DNA of 64,000 nt from Microcoleus sp. (GCA_052279835.1 CP181291.1:4480001-4544000); one strand, 5' to 3'. Shown: positions 30,301 to 40,438, numbered from the stretch's first letter. Numbers and translations are program-made. Notes: generated by a model not told the origin, from the letters alone.

Positions 30301-31605
30301 TTGCTGAATGCTTGTAAACTGCAACGAGAAGACCAAGATATGATGATTTTGTTGTCGATCGAGGATATCACAAGTCGCAAGCAGTTTGAGATAGAGCGAT
30401 CGCAGCTATTGATGCAGGAGCAGTTAGCCCGTCAACAAGCAGAAAACAGCAACCGTGCTAAAGATGAATTTCTGGCGAATCTCTCCCATGAACTTCGTAA
30501 CCCCCTGACTCCCATCCTGGGATGGGCAAAATTGCTGCGCTCTGGCAAACTTAATGAAGCAGCCGTGACTCGCGCCCTAGATGTGATTGAGCGGAGTGCG
30601 ATCGCCCAAACTCAGTTAATTGAAGATATTCTGGATATTTCCCGGATTACCAGTGGTAAACTGCATCTGGATACCAGTCCGATCGATCTGCTGGTAGTGG
30701 TGCAAAGTGCGATCGACGGGGTGCAATTATCAGCGGATGCCAAAAACATCAAAATATTTGCCCAGTTGAGTTCTGCGACTGTTTTAGGCGATGCTGACAG
30801 ATTGCAACAAGTGCTGTGGAATGTGCTATCTAACTCGATTAAGTTTACCCCCTCCGGTGGACGAGTGGAAATTGTCTTAGAGGCGATCGAGAGTCAGGCT
30901 CAAATTCGAGTCAGAGACACGGGAAAAGGGATTACAGCAGACTTTTTACCCTATATTTTCGATCGTTTCCATCAAGCTGATTCCAGCACTACCAAGACTA
31001 ATCAAGGGCTAGGATTAGGATTGTCCATCGTGCGTCATTTAGTCGAACTTCATGGTGGTACAGTGGGAGCCGAAAGTCCCGGTGAAGGACAAGGAACTAC
31101 GATGACTGTGAGGTTGCCGCTAGTTTCAATTCCCCAGGAATTAACACCGCCGAGTGATGTAGAACCGCCTGTATTTACACTACCTTTAAGCACTTCCAAA
31201 GATGGGGGACGGGGCCTTGAAGGTTTGCAGATTTTAAGCGTAGATGATGATATGGATACCCGTGAGTTATTGCAATTTGTCCTGGAAGACTACGGCGCCC
31301 AGGTACTGACGGTGGGATCTGCAAAAGAGGCGATCTCCGCTTTGACGGAAAACCTTGACAAATATGACATCCTGATATCTGATATTGGAATGCCAGAGGA
31401 AGATGGGTATTCCTTGATGCAACAAGTGCGTTCTCTTGATGCCAAAGCTGGAAACATTCCAGCCATTGCGCTGAGTGCTTATGCTAGTGATAAAGAGCGA
31501 CAAAAGGCGATCGATGCAGGTTTTAACAAGCATATTGCTAAACCTGTTAAGCCTGCTCAATTAACCTTAATGATTGCGGATTTAATCGCTAAAAAGAATG
31601 TTTGA
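27391..31605 (+). CDS. CheB-CheR-PAS hybrid histidine kinase with receiver domain
   Basis: ASAGG/QH/SG.D.DG (CheB); 'VTSFFRD', 'WVAGCSTGEE', 'CRNVLIY' (CheR); 'LSHELRNPL', GLGLGL; receiver 'SDIGMP'. AAGGAG RBS before 27391. Confidence 0.93.
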   Translation: MVGNEPDEQNVPESIARSFMDAEPQNTVDSAFPIVGIAASAGGLEAFTELLHHLPTDTGMAFVLIQHLDPNHESLLTEILARTTQMPVSQVVDGTTVEPNQVYIIPPNTKMTLASGVLKLTAREKIYGKYMPGDAFLVSLAADRGPKALAVVLSGGDGDGSLGIKAIKAAGGVTFAQCEASAKFDSMPNTAVATGNVDFVLPPQKIAEELANFRADSWLSCPISIVAVTESPPDNYVRTTILGLLRSTTGVDFTHYKTATIDRRIQRRMVLYKLNSLADYAQYLQDHPPEVYALYQEILIHVTSFFRDPEAFEQLKELVFPTITANKSAKNPIRIWVAGCSTGEEVYSIAICLLEFLGDRPRQPPIQIFATDISEAAISKARSGFYLENQMLDVSPERRNRFFIGEGGGYKINKTVRELCIFARQNLGSDPPFSNLDLISCRNVLIYLAEPLQKRVIPIFHYSLNPTGFLLLGSSESIGKFSSLFNSLHTKCKIYAKTLTENSQIFSFTTSAYPIAKVNKSQPTNENYPDGFDLQQYTDQLILNRYAPTGVVVNEQMNILQVRGDTNAYLRLTPGIPSLNLLTMVREDLAIELRTAMYQALMQNVVVRKEGINLVVGERSSFVNLEVIPFHPDRAQSRYFLVLFEEALLTAVDLSTVNSESLNPADLQREILELRQALATANEDKNVAQAHLQSVIQQQESLNQDIKVANEEILSSNEELQSTNEELETAKEEIQATNEELITTNEELRSRNIEQHHISNDLINLLGSINIPILMVENDLKIRRFTPMAQQLFNLIPTDIGRPFSDIRSHLDVPDLSGMILEVIETLQTQEQEVQTLAGYWYILRIRPYRTTENRIDGVVMVWIDIDAMKRSAKTLELARNYAETIVETVPTPLVVLDADLCVNTANRCFYETFQVSFPETSKISLFELGNGQWNIPQLRSILADILVSDVQLHNFELEHVFEQIGQKTMLLNACKLQREDQDMMILLSIEDITSRKQFEIERSQLLMQEQLARQQAENSNRAKDEFLANLSHELRNPLTPILGWAKLLRSGKLNEAAVTRALDVIERSAIAQTQLIEDILDISRITSGKLHLDTSPIDLLVVVQSAIDGVQLSADAKNIKIFAQLSSATVLGDADRLQQVLWNVLSNSIKFTPSGGRVEIVLEAIESQAQIRVRDTGKGITADFLPYIFDRFHQADSSTTKTNQGLGLGLSIVRHLVELHGGTVGAESPGEGQGTTMTVRLPLVSIPQELTPPSDVEPPVFTLPLSTSKDGGRGLEGLQILSVDDDMDTRELLQFVLEDYGAQVLTVGSAKEAISALTENLDKYDILISDIGMPEEDGYSLMQQVRSLDAKAGNIPAIALSAYASDKERQKAIDAGFNKHIAKPVKPAQLTLMIADLIAKKNV

Positions 31606-31633
31606 TTGTAACTTATTATCTGGTTTTATTATC

Positions 31634-32795
31634 TGGTTCCCAGGCAGAGCCTGGGAACTGATGTCGAGAGGCTCTGCCTCCCGTGGCCAAAGGTAACAAA
31701 TTGGAGGCAGAGCCTCCGGATCTGCGTTACCAGGCAGAGCCTGGGAACAAGTGGAAAAAGGCTGTATACCTGGTTCCCAGGCTCTGCCTGGGAACTGATG
31801 TCGAGAGGCTCTGCCTCCCGTGGCCAAGGGTAACAAATTGGAGGCAGAGCCTCCGGATCTGCGTTACCAGGCAGAGCCTGGGAACAAGTGGAAAAAACTG
31901 GTTCCCAGGCTCTGCCTGGGAACTGATGTCGAGAGGCTCTGCCTCCCGTGGCCAAAGGTAACAAATTGGAGGCAGAGCCTCCGGATCTGCGTTACCAGGC
32001 AGAGCCTGGGAACAAGTGGAAAAAGGCTGTATACCTGGTTCCCAGGCTCTGCCTGGGAACTGATGTCGAGAGGCTCTGCCTCCCGTGGCCAAGGGTAACA
32101 AATTGGAGGCAGAGCCTCCGGATCTGCGTTACCAGGCAGAGCCTGGGAACAAGTGGAAAAAGGCTGTATACCTGGTTCCCAGGCTCTGCCTGGGAACTGA
32201 TGTCGAGAGGCTCTGCCTCCCGTGGCCAAGGGTAACAAATTGGAGGCAGAGCCTCCGGATCTGCGTTACCAGGCAGAGCCTGGGAACAAGTGGAAAAAGG
32301 CTGTATACCTGGTTCCCAGGCTCTGCCTGGTAACTGATGTCGAGAGGCTCTGCCTCCCGTGGCCAAAGGTAACAAATTGGAGGCAGAGCCTCCGGATCTG
32401 CGTTACCAGGCAGAGCCTGGGAACAAGTGGAAAAAGGCTGTATACCTGGTATACCTGGTTCCCAGGCTCTGCCTGGGAACTGATGTCGAGAGGCTCTGCC
32501 TCCCGTGGCCAAGGGTAACAAATTGGAGGCAGAGCCTCCGGATCTGCGTTACCAGGCAGAGCCTGGGAACAAGTGGAAAAAGGCTGTATACCTGGTTCCT
32601 AGGCTCTGCCTGGGAACTGATGTCGAGAGGCTCTGCCTCCCGTGGCCAAAGGTAACAAATTGGAGGCAGAGCCTCCGGATCTGCGTTACCAGGCAGAGCC
32701 TGGGAACAAGTGGAAAAAGGCTGTATACCTGGTTCCTAGGCTCTGCCTGGGAACTGATGTCGAGAGGCTCTGCCTCCCGTGGCCAAGGGTAACAA
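31634..32795. repeat. Tandem array of 8.5 near-identical palindromic units of about 137 bp
   Basis: Unit starts at 31634, 31771, 31899, 32036, 32173, 32310, 32456, 32593 and 32730. Confidence 0.95.
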
Positions 32796-32858
32796 GTGGA
32801 ATTGTTTCCTAATTATGACAAGATAGAAGGAAGTATAAAAATTAAGGAGTTTTGATTC

Positions 32859-33593
32859 TTGGTAACTATTAAATGTCGGGGTATTACCTTCTCTAATATT
32901 CAAGCCATTATCTTTGACAAAGACGGCACTCTAGAGGATTCTCAAGAATTTTTGAGACATTTAGGGCTGAAGCGATCGCGCTTGGTAGATGCTCAAATTC
33001 CGGGCGTTGGAGAGCCATTGCAAATGGCTTTCGGCATCGAAGCTGGTAAAATCGACCCCACGGGATTGATGGCAGTGGGTAGCCGCAAGGAAAACGAAAT
33101 TGTAGCGGCGGGATATATTGCCGAAACTGGCAGAGGATGGATAGAATCATTAGCTATTGCCAAACGTGCTTTTGATGAAGCTGACGAAATGTTAAAAAAT
33201 AGTCCGCCTTCTCCCTTATTTGTGGGCAGTTTAGAAGTGTTGAAATCTCTGTCCGATGCGGGTTTGAAACTGGGAATTCTTTCGGCTGCTACGACTAAAG
33301 CCGTGAAAAACTTTGTGAAAAGTTCCGAATTAGGCGCATACATTCAGTTAGAAATGGGTGTGGATTCTGTGCATCTCAATAAACCCGATCCTAAATTATT
33401 TTTGTTAGCTTGTGAGAGACTGGGAGTAGAACCCGCAGCAACTTTGATGGTAGGAGATTCAGCGGGGGATATTCAGATGGGTAAAAATGCTGGTGCGGCG
33501 GGCTGTATTGGGATTTGTTGGGGGAAGGCAGAGGCTAGTCATTTGTCCCAGGCTGATGTCACCATCGCATCTTTGGATGAAATTACAATTTAG
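32859..33593 (+). CDS. HAD-family hydrolase (phosphoglycolate phosphatase-like)
   Basis: FDKDGTL, KPDP and MVGDS..D motifs. Confidence 0.9.
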   Translation: MVTIKCRGITFSNIQAIIFDKDGTLEDSQEFLRHLGLKRSRLVDAQIPGVGEPLQMAFGIEAGKIDPTGLMAVGSRKENEIVAAGYIAETGRGWIESLAIAKRAFDEADEMLKNSPPSPLFVGSLEVLKSLSDAGLKLGILSAATTKAVKNFVKSSELGAYIQLEMGVDSVHLNKPDPKLFLLACERLGVEPAATLMVGDSAGDIQMGKNAGAAGCIGICWGKAEASHLSQADVTIASLDEITI

Positions 33594-33637
33594 TTATTTG
33601 TTATTGGTTATTTGTTAGTTGTTATTGGTTGTTGGTT
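33592..33637. repeat. Heptamer tandem repeat (TTGTTAT/TTGGTTA type)
   Basis: Direct reading of the sequence. Confidence 0.7.
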
Positions 33638-33659
33638 ATATGCAATCCGCTAGCATAGT

Positions 33660-33720
33660 CCTGTATTCATCTCTCTTATCTCCCTCTGTGTCCTCTGTGT
33701 TCTCTGCGGTGAAATCATTC
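33660..33720 (-). repeat. Dispersed repeat with internal 9-mer units (other copies at 40497-40560 and 44429-44489)
   Basis: GAATGATTT(A/C)ACCGC followed by three 9-nt units and an AG-rich tail in all three copies. Confidence 0.7.
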
Positions 33721-33751
33721 GTTTTTCTGCGTTTCCAGAGCTTATTTCCTT

Positions 33752-36700
33752 TTAAAATCTTAATTCATACTCCACAGTTGCTCGATTATCTCCTTGAAAA
33801 TCAGTGGAACCACGCAACAAAACTTGGTCACTCAAACGATAGCGCAAATTGAATTCTGTGGGCTGATTAGCAGACAACACCCGGATGATAGTAGCCGAAA
33901 GATTGCGGGTAATATCGCCTCCAATTTCCAATCCGACACCGAGGGAACCGGCACCAGCATTTGTGGAACCCGCACTAGCGGTGCGCCCTTCCCCGCTACC
34001 AATCCTAGTGGGAAATAGCCGGAATTCCGTTAATCCCGTGGCATTTGTAATCACAGATTGAATGTTGCCAAATAAGCCTGCACCTGCTAAATTGGCGATC
34101 GCCAGGGTACTATCTCCCCTACCTAAAGTTTGGATAAAACTGCCACCTAACAGTGCGACAATTTCTATTTGCGATCGATTCGGAGAACTTCTCAACTCCA
34201 AACTATCCGCCAACTGAGAAGCTTTTCCCCTTACCAAGGCTTGAACTCGTACACTGCGCACATTCCCAAACAGATTCGGTTCGTCTGCTATTTCCGATGC
34301 GACAGAATTTCCCGGAGTCCGAAATCTGGTTACTTCCTGTACCGAAGTTGCTAATCTCACATCCAGAGTCGGGTCTAATCCTTGGGATGGTATAAAAGTA
34401 GCAGTTTGGGGATATCCTCGATCGAGCCTAAACTGGGTTGTAAACAAATTCACCGCACCGTTTGTCAATCTAATTGTACCCTCCGGGCGCAGATCGTCTA
34501 GAGTACCGTTGACAGTCAAACCCCCAGTCGCCCCAAAACTCAATATGGGCGCGCTTTTAACTTGAATTCCACGCCCCAAGTTTAACTGCAAATCATTTAA
34601 ACGGACTTCAAAGGAAGGAGAAGAGGAAGTCGCTGTTGGAGTCGCAACCGCAGGAGAAGCCTCAATCGCAGCAGAAGGAGTTTCAGGCGAAGCAGCAGCA
34701 GAGACTAACTTTGTCGCACCACCTGCACTGGGTAAAAATACCTCGCCCTCATACAGTTCAATTTTGCCACTCAACTGCGGCCGCAAAGCCGTGCCGATCG
34801 CCTGCACCTGACCAACTACCTTGCCACGGTACAATCCTTTAAGGTCCAAACCCAACTTATCTAAATTTACAGCTAAGGGACTCGCCGCATCCACATCACC
34901 CTCAACAAAAGGTACTGACAGCGGAATCACACCTTGGGCGACAATTTCTCCCTGCTGTAACTGTCCCCGAATTCCCTCTACCCGAATGCGATCGCCCTCA
35001 AAGCGCACCGCCCCAGTCAGCCCTGTGAGCGGTTCTGGGAAGGCCCTGGCGCGGACGGTTGCATTTTCAAAATTTGCAATTCCTTGAGCTACAGGGCGTT
35101 CCAGGGTTCCTCCCACGCGAATTTGCACCTGTCCCTTGCCACTAACCCAAGTAAGTTGGGGAGTCAAGACATTAATAATCGCCAATCCTTCATTTTGCAA
35201 ATTTGCCCGCAAATCGATTTGATTGCTATCAGGTTTGACAGTGGCAAAAGGCAACTCAAAGGGTAAACTTCCCTGAACTTCAATCGGTTCGGTTTGAGTC
35301 ACCAAAGCGCTGCCCCCAAAATTCAGACGGGCGTTGCTGTAACTGAAACTGCCATCGGCTTTTTTAATTGGTTCTCTGTTGAGAGTACCGTCTTGCAAAC
35401 TCAATTCTCCGGCTAGTTGCGGATTGGCTAAAGTGCCGGCCAAGTTGGCGCGCAGATTCAAATTGCCCGTGACATCGACAAAGGGCAATTCCACCAGTTT
35501 TGCTAACTCTTCGACTGGTAAATTTTCCACCCGCAACTGGCCGGATTGAGCTTTTTGGCCTAGTTGTCCAGAAAAGCCGATCGCACTTTTGCCCGATCGA
35601 ATTTCCAGAGGTAAGATAGTTAGAATCCCGTCCTGGAAACCTCCCTCAATGCTGAATTGTTGGGCGACATATTTACCCCAGCGCCAGTTATCACCTTTGA
35701 CATTAAATTTAGCTTGAATTCCCGTTTGCAAAGAACCGGCTACGGCAATTTCTCCACCAAAAGTGCCTTGCAATTGATCCAAGGGAGGCAAGGGTTCCGA
35801 TGCTGTGACTGCTTGCTGCTGTTTGAGAATTTCTTCAATTTCTACCAAGCGCTGCAACTGTTCGATTAAAGGGGCTTCGGGGACTCCCACTGCTACGGTT
35901 TGGACATCGGCGGCCCTACCGTAAACGGGAGGTTTTAAACCTCTGGCGAAATCTCCTAAATTGAAATATTCCCCGGCGGCTAAAACTTGTTGGAGGTTTC
36001 CCTGTTGGATGTTAACTTTTCCGGCAAATTCTGGGTTAGCGCCTGCTTTGACATTGCCAGAAATTAAGTATTGACCGCTGCCTTGGCGGAAAACGCCGTT
36101 GGTGAGAGTGGCGCTACCGTTAGCATAGCTAAATTCTGCTTGGAAACTGTCACCTTTAATATAGCCGATCGCTGGTTGGGCGATCGCGATTTGTCCCGTT
36201 GCTTGCAAAGTCGCCGGATTCAGTGGCATTTTCCAACCGGGCACGTTGACTTGTCCCGAAACCGTACCAGTTATCGGCCCCAAACCAGAATCTTTACCTG
36301 GTGACAGATTCAAAGCTGCGAGGGGGAAATCGCTTAAATTGACTCGCAGAGTTTCGCCCTCAGTTTGGCCGCTAGCCACGGATTCCCCGCGTTTGACTAA
36401 GAAAGATGTCGGTAGGAAAGATGGATTTAAGGCGACTTCGATTTTGTCGCTGGCGCCGGCTAGACGCAAATCTACACTTTTGCCCGAACCTGCATTCACA
36501 GTGCCCGCCAGTAGGGGGTCAAAAGCTACCTGATTTACGACTAAATTTCGCACCGCCACATCGCCAACTAAGCTGAGGGCGCTGAGGGTACCGGTGAGGC
36601 GGCCGACAAAATCGACGTTGCCGCCCAAGGCTGAATTATTATTTGAAGACTTTTTGTCACCAATTGGTGTCAAAAATGCGAGTTGTTCTGTCGGTAAGGC

Positions 36701-39700
36701 TTCCAGGTTAAAGTTGGAGAGTTGGACATTCAAATCTAGATTAGAAATTGAAGGCAATCCTTTACCTGCAAGTTCGACGTTAACAATGCCGTTGGCTTTC
36801 AAACCGGGAGTTGTGGCGTTCTCAATTTCCACCCGTTTGCCATCCCAATTAAATATAGCCTCCAGAGGTTGTTTGAGAAATGGCAATTCGGAGATGCGAA
36901 AACTGCCACCAGCGCGCACATCCTGTAGGGGCGGTGCCCCCGTGCCCGCTGCGATCGGACCTGATAAATTTAGATTACCGTTAAATATTCCTCTGAGTAG
37001 GGGCAGATTTTGGGCTTGGGAGACTAAACCGGGGGATTGCAAGTTTTGGCGCTGGGCTTCCAAGGCTTTCTGGAAGCGACTTAGGGCAATTTGTCCGCCG
37101 TTAATTGAGGCCCGCCAATTCCCCGATTCGGCTTGGGCTTTGGCATTGACAGTACCTCCACCATTGGCAAGTCTAATTTGTCCTTCGCCAACGGCGGTGA
37201 TGCCGTTGGTGGTTAAATTATCTACTGTTCCCAAAAGGCGGACTTTGCCGTCGAGATTGCCATCAATTTCTGGTGGTAAATCTGCTGTGAGTAAACCGGT
37301 TTGTTTGAGGGTTTGCTGGAGATTGGCTAGGGCGATGTCGTTGGTTTCGAGGAATGCTTGCCAGTTGCCGTTTTCTAATTGGGCTGTAGTGTCGATCGCC
37401 CCAAGTCCATTGACCAAAATCCGCGTTTCTCCCCTAGCACTAATTCCCTTTGCTGTCAAGTTATCTAAACTGCCGGCGGCTTGGAGTTGGCCGTTAATTC
37501 TGCCGTCAAATCCTGTGGGCAAAGTTGCCGTTAGGGGAAACAGTTGGAGATTGCGGACTGTTTGTTCTAAACGACTGAGAATAGGGCGATCGAGATTAGC
37601 GACAGCTTGCCACCGTCCGGCTGCTAATTTGGCCTTAAAATCTACCGTACCATCAGCAATATTTAATTTGCCACTGCTGTTAGCTGCAATCTCAACTGCG
37701 CTTGATTTCTCCAGACTGCCACTGACTTTGATTTGATTGGATACTTGTCCGTCAATGGATTTGAGATTACCTATTTTGGATTTGAGGTTGTTGAGATTTG
37801 CCGTTTGCTGAGGGTCGGTGTTAAATGCTGAGGCTACATCTAACAAGGGCAACCCTAAATCTACCAAGTTGCGGATGGCAGTGCGATCGGTTTCCGCAAT
37901 TCCTTGCCAATTTCCCTCTACTAATTCTCCTTGAAAATTAACATTGCCTGAACCCAGATTCAGTTGGCCACGGCCTGCAACATTAATGCCCTTTGCCGTC
38001 AAATCGTCCAGATTACCTGTAGCTTTAAATTGACTTGATAGTTGTCCATTAATTGATTTGAGATTAGCTATTTTGGATTTGAGATTGTTGAGATTTGCCG
38101 TGGGCTGGTTGTCAGTATTCAAGGCTGAAGCTACATCTAACAGTGGCAATCCTAAATCTACTAAGCGACCGATCGCCACCCGTTCGGTTGCTGCAATTCC
38201 TTGCCAATTTCCCTCTACCAATTCTCCCTTGAAATTGAGATTACTCTCAGCAATATTGAGTTTACCACTACCTCTAACATTGATGCCTTTCGGGGTTAAA
38301 TTGTCAATATTTCCCCTAGCTTGAAATTCCCCTTCCAACTGTCCATCTAACGATTTTAGATTGGCAATTTTGGATTTGAGATTGTTGATATTATTGATAT
38401 TTTCGGGGTTTGAAGTGTTAGGAGTACCTAGGTTCAGGAACGGCAATCCAATATCGATTATTCGATTCAAAGCCACTTTTTTCGTATTACCAAAAGTTTG
38501 CCAACTGCCGGAGGCTAGTTCGCCATTAACATTCACAATACTGTCAGCTATATTTAATTGTCCTTTAGCTCTAGCATCGATCGCATTTAAACTAAAATTG
38601 TCGAGACTGCCTGCTGCTTCGGCAGTTCCGGTGAAGAAACTTGCTAATTCAGGAGGTAAGGAAAGTCCGGGTACAATTGGCTGTAAACTGTTGAGATTAA
38701 CTCGATCGCCTTTAATCAAAGCTTGCCATCGACGGCCGACGATGGCGGCATTCACATTCACAGTAGCCTCGCCAATTTTTATAACGGTATTTGGCAAATC
38801 CACCGCATTTCCGCCGGCGCGAACTTCGCCACTAGCCGGAAAGTTGCCCTGGGGTGCTTGCCATTGTACCCTAGCTTGAATGTTGTTTAAAGGGCCAAAA
38901 ATTTGAGTTTTAGCTGAGATGCTCCCAAGTTTAACTGTAGCAGGAATTGGCAGACTGTAAATTTGGGCGATCGCGTCGGCGGGCAAGTTTTCGGCTTGCA
39001 AATCGAACACCAAACCCGATGGTGAATTGTTATTTGCCAAGGCGATATCAATTTGACCTTTACCGCCAATCTTACCACCAACAGCAGGCTCCACCAGAAT
39101 ATCGCTCAACGTTAAAGCTAAGGATGAAAATGGGGGAACTGAAGAGAGAGAATTGGGAGTTGGGGCTGGGGCTGTTCTACCTCGTTCTAGTTTAAAGTTG
39201 GTGCTAATATTTTTGAATTGTAGGCGATCGACTATAGCTGGTTTGGTGGATGCGATCGCACCTACGATAACTGGCTGCGAAACAGTCCCACTCAATTTAG
39301 CATCTAGCTTGACTTCTCCCGCAGCCACCAAGGGCAATACTACTTTTTGACCTAATTCTTGTTCTAGGGTACTGATAATGTTTGCCACAGCCACTGGAGG
39401 CACATTGGCTGCCAGATCGAACTTAGATTGCTCCAGATTGAAATTAGCTCCCGTTGCCACTGTCCCTGCTACTTTTAGAGGGAGCGCACCGTAGTTAGCA
39501 GTCAGATTATCAACTATAATATTAGTCCCATTAAACCGCAATTGACCGCTACTATTTAAGATGGGTTGTCTCAGCGCTTTAATGGCTAAATCTACTCCTT
39601 GAAAATCTGAAGTTCCGGTAAGGCCTGATACTTTGTTGTCTCGCAATTGTACTGTCAAGTTACCATTGGCTAGACCTCTACCTAAATACACATCAGGAAT

Positions 39701-40438
39701 TCTCAGCAACTGGACTAGGTAAGATAAAGGCAATTTTTGACCTTGCATCTGTACGTTAGTCTGAGCTGTGTTCAACAAAGACTCAGCCTTAAGAATAAAG
39801 TTATCACTATTGGTAAAATTACCATTTAATTCATAAATAATTCGCTTATTTTGCTGCGAAAATTGAGCGCTACCTGTTTTAAGAATTACCGAAATGGGCA
39901 GAGGTTTTTTTAATCCCCTTGCTGGAGCGGGAGCCAAGACAGCACCGACATTTTCAACTCTAATTGCACCAATTTCGGTTTTAAATAAACTGGGAGATTT
40001 TGGCTTGTCGATAGTGGGAATATTAACCCAAACTCCTCGTTCGTCCTGTTCGATATAAGCGTTGGGTTTGACTAAGGTAATATCTAACTTGAGAGTGCGG
40101 TTTAACAACAGTTGCCAGAGTGAAAATTTCACTTCAACTGCTTCGGTAGAGGCATAATCGGGATCGGTAGCAGTTGCAGGTATGCTCGATCGACCAAATC
40201 GCAAACTTGTGGGAGAAAATCGCTCCAAACGTCCAATTTGCACCGGGCGTTTGACTAGCTTACTAACTTCAGTTTCCACCACAGGAGCTAACTTTTCGGG
40301 AATCCACCAAGCAGCAGCAGCGGCCGCCCCCACCAGGGCGACAATCCCCAATCCCGTACCGCTAAGCAGTAGAGGACGCCACCAGCGAACAGTGTGAGGG
40401 GGTGCTTGTGGATTTTTGTCATCGGGAGAGTTAGTCAT
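33752..40438 (-). CDS. tamB: Translocation/assembly module TamB (DUF490/AsmA-like)
   Basis: N-terminal TM segment, long beta-rich repeats, C-terminal 'LDPTLDVRL...LRSSP.RS..EIVALLGG...YRLSD...YELRF'. Confidence 0.85.
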   Translation of the reverse strand: MTNSPDDKNPQAPPHTVRWWRPLLLSGTGLGIVALVGAAAAAAWWIPEKLAPVVETEVSKLVKRPVQIGRLERFSPTSLRFGRSSIPATATDPDYASTEAVEVKFSLWQLLLNRTLKLDITLVKPNAYIEQDERGVWVNIPTIDKPKSPSLFKTEIGAIRVENVGAVLAPAPARGLKKPLPISVILKTGSAQFSQQNKRIIYELNGNFTNSDNFILKAESLLNTAQTNVQMQGQKLPLSYLVQLLRIPDVYLGRGLANGNLTVQLRDNKVSGLTGTSDFQGVDLAIKALRQPILNSSGQLRFNGTNIIVDNLTANYGALPLKVAGTVATGANFNLEQSKFDLAANVPPVAVANIISTLEQELGQKVVLPLVAAGEVKLDAKLSGTVSQPVIVGAIASTKPAIVDRLQFKNISTNFKLERGRTAPAPTPNSLSSVPPFSSLALTLSDILVEPAVGGKIGGKGQIDIALANNNSPSGLVFDLQAENLPADAIAQIYSLPIPATVKLGSISAKTQIFGPLNNIQARVQWQAPQGNFPASGEVRAGGNAVDLPNTVIKIGEATVNVNAAIVGRRWQALIKGDRVNLNSLQPIVPGLSLPPELASFFTGTAEAAGSLDNFSLNAIDARAKGQLNIADSIVNVNGELASGSWQTFGNTKKVALNRIIDIGLPFLNLGTPNTSNPENINNINNLKSKIANLKSLDGQLEGEFQARGNIDNLTPKGINVRGSGKLNIAESNLNFKGELVEGNWQGIAATERVAIGRLVDLGLPLLDVASALNTDNQPTANLNNLKSKIANLKSINGQLSSQFKATGNLDDLTAKGINVAGRGQLNLGSGNVNFQGELVEGNWQGIAETDRTAIRNLVDLGLPLLDVASAFNTDPQQTANLNNLKSKIGNLKSIDGQVSNQIKVSGSLEKSSAVEIAANSSGKLNIADGTVDFKAKLAAGRWQAVANLDRPILSRLEQTVRNLQLFPLTATLPTGFDGRINGQLQAAGSLDNLTAKGISARGETRILVNGLGAIDTTAQLENGNWQAFLETNDIALANLQQTLKQTGLLTADLPPEIDGNLDGKVRLLGTVDNLTTNGITAVGEGQIRLANGGGTVNAKAQAESGNWRASINGGQIALSRFQKALEAQRQNLQSPGLVSQAQNLPLLRGIFNGNLNLSGPIAAGTGAPPLQDVRAGGSFRISELPFLKQPLEAIFNWDGKRVEIENATTPGLKANGIVNVELAGKGLPSISNLDLNVQLSNFNLEALPTEQLAFLTPIGDKKSSNNNSALGGNVDFVGRLTGTLSALSLVGDVAVRNLVVNQVAFDPLLAGTVNAGSGKSVDLRLAGASDKIEVALNPSFLPTSFLVKRGESVASGQTEGETLRVNLSDFPLAALNLSPGKDSGLGPITGTVSGQVNVPGWKMPLNPATLQATGQIAIAQPAIGYIKGDSFQAEFSYANGSATLTNGVFRQGSGQYLISGNVKAGANPEFAGKVNIQQGNLQQVLAAGEYFNLGDFARGLKPPVYGRAADVQTVAVGVPEAPLIEQLQRLVEIEEILKQQQAVTASEPLPPLDQLQGTFGGEIAVAGSLQTGIQAKFNVKGDNWRWGKYVAQQFSIEGGFQDGILTILPLEIRSGKSAIGFSGQLGQKAQSGQLRVENLPVEELAKLVELPFVDVTGNLNLRANLAGTLANPQLAGELSLQDGTLNREPIKKADGSFSYSNARLNFGGSALVTQTEPIEVQGSLPFELPFATVKPDSNQIDLRANLQNEGLAIINVLTPQLTWVSGKGQVQIRVGGTLERPVAQGIANFENATVRARAFPEPLTGLTGAVRFEGDRIRVEGIRGQLQQGEIVAQGVIPLSVPFVEGDVDAASPLAVNLDKLGLDLKGLYRGKVVGQVQAIGTALRPQLSGKIELYEGEVFLPSAGGATKLVSAAASPETPSAAIEASPAVATPTATSSSPSFEVRLNDLQLNLGRGIQVKSAPILSFGATGGLTVNGTLDDLRPEGTIRLTNGAVNLFTTQFRLDRGYPQTATFIPSQGLDPTLDVRLATSVQEVTRFRTPGNSVASEIADEPNLFGNVRSVRVQALVRGKASQLADSLELRSSPNRSQIEIVALLGGSFIQTLGRGDSTLAIANLAGAGLFGNIQSVITNATGLTEFRLFPTRIGSGEGRTASAGSTNAGAGSLGVGLEIGGDITRNLSATIIRVLSANQPTEFNLRYRLSDQVLLRGSTDFQGDNRATVEYELRF

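Noticed and set aside
31582..32792. CRISPR array or real ORFs in the 137-bp tandem array
   Set aside because: No unique spacers and no cas genes; the many overlapping ORFs on both strands are translations of the repeat
33794..40397. Long + strand ORFs (up to 380 aa) opposite tamB
   Set aside because: Antisense shadows of a real gene
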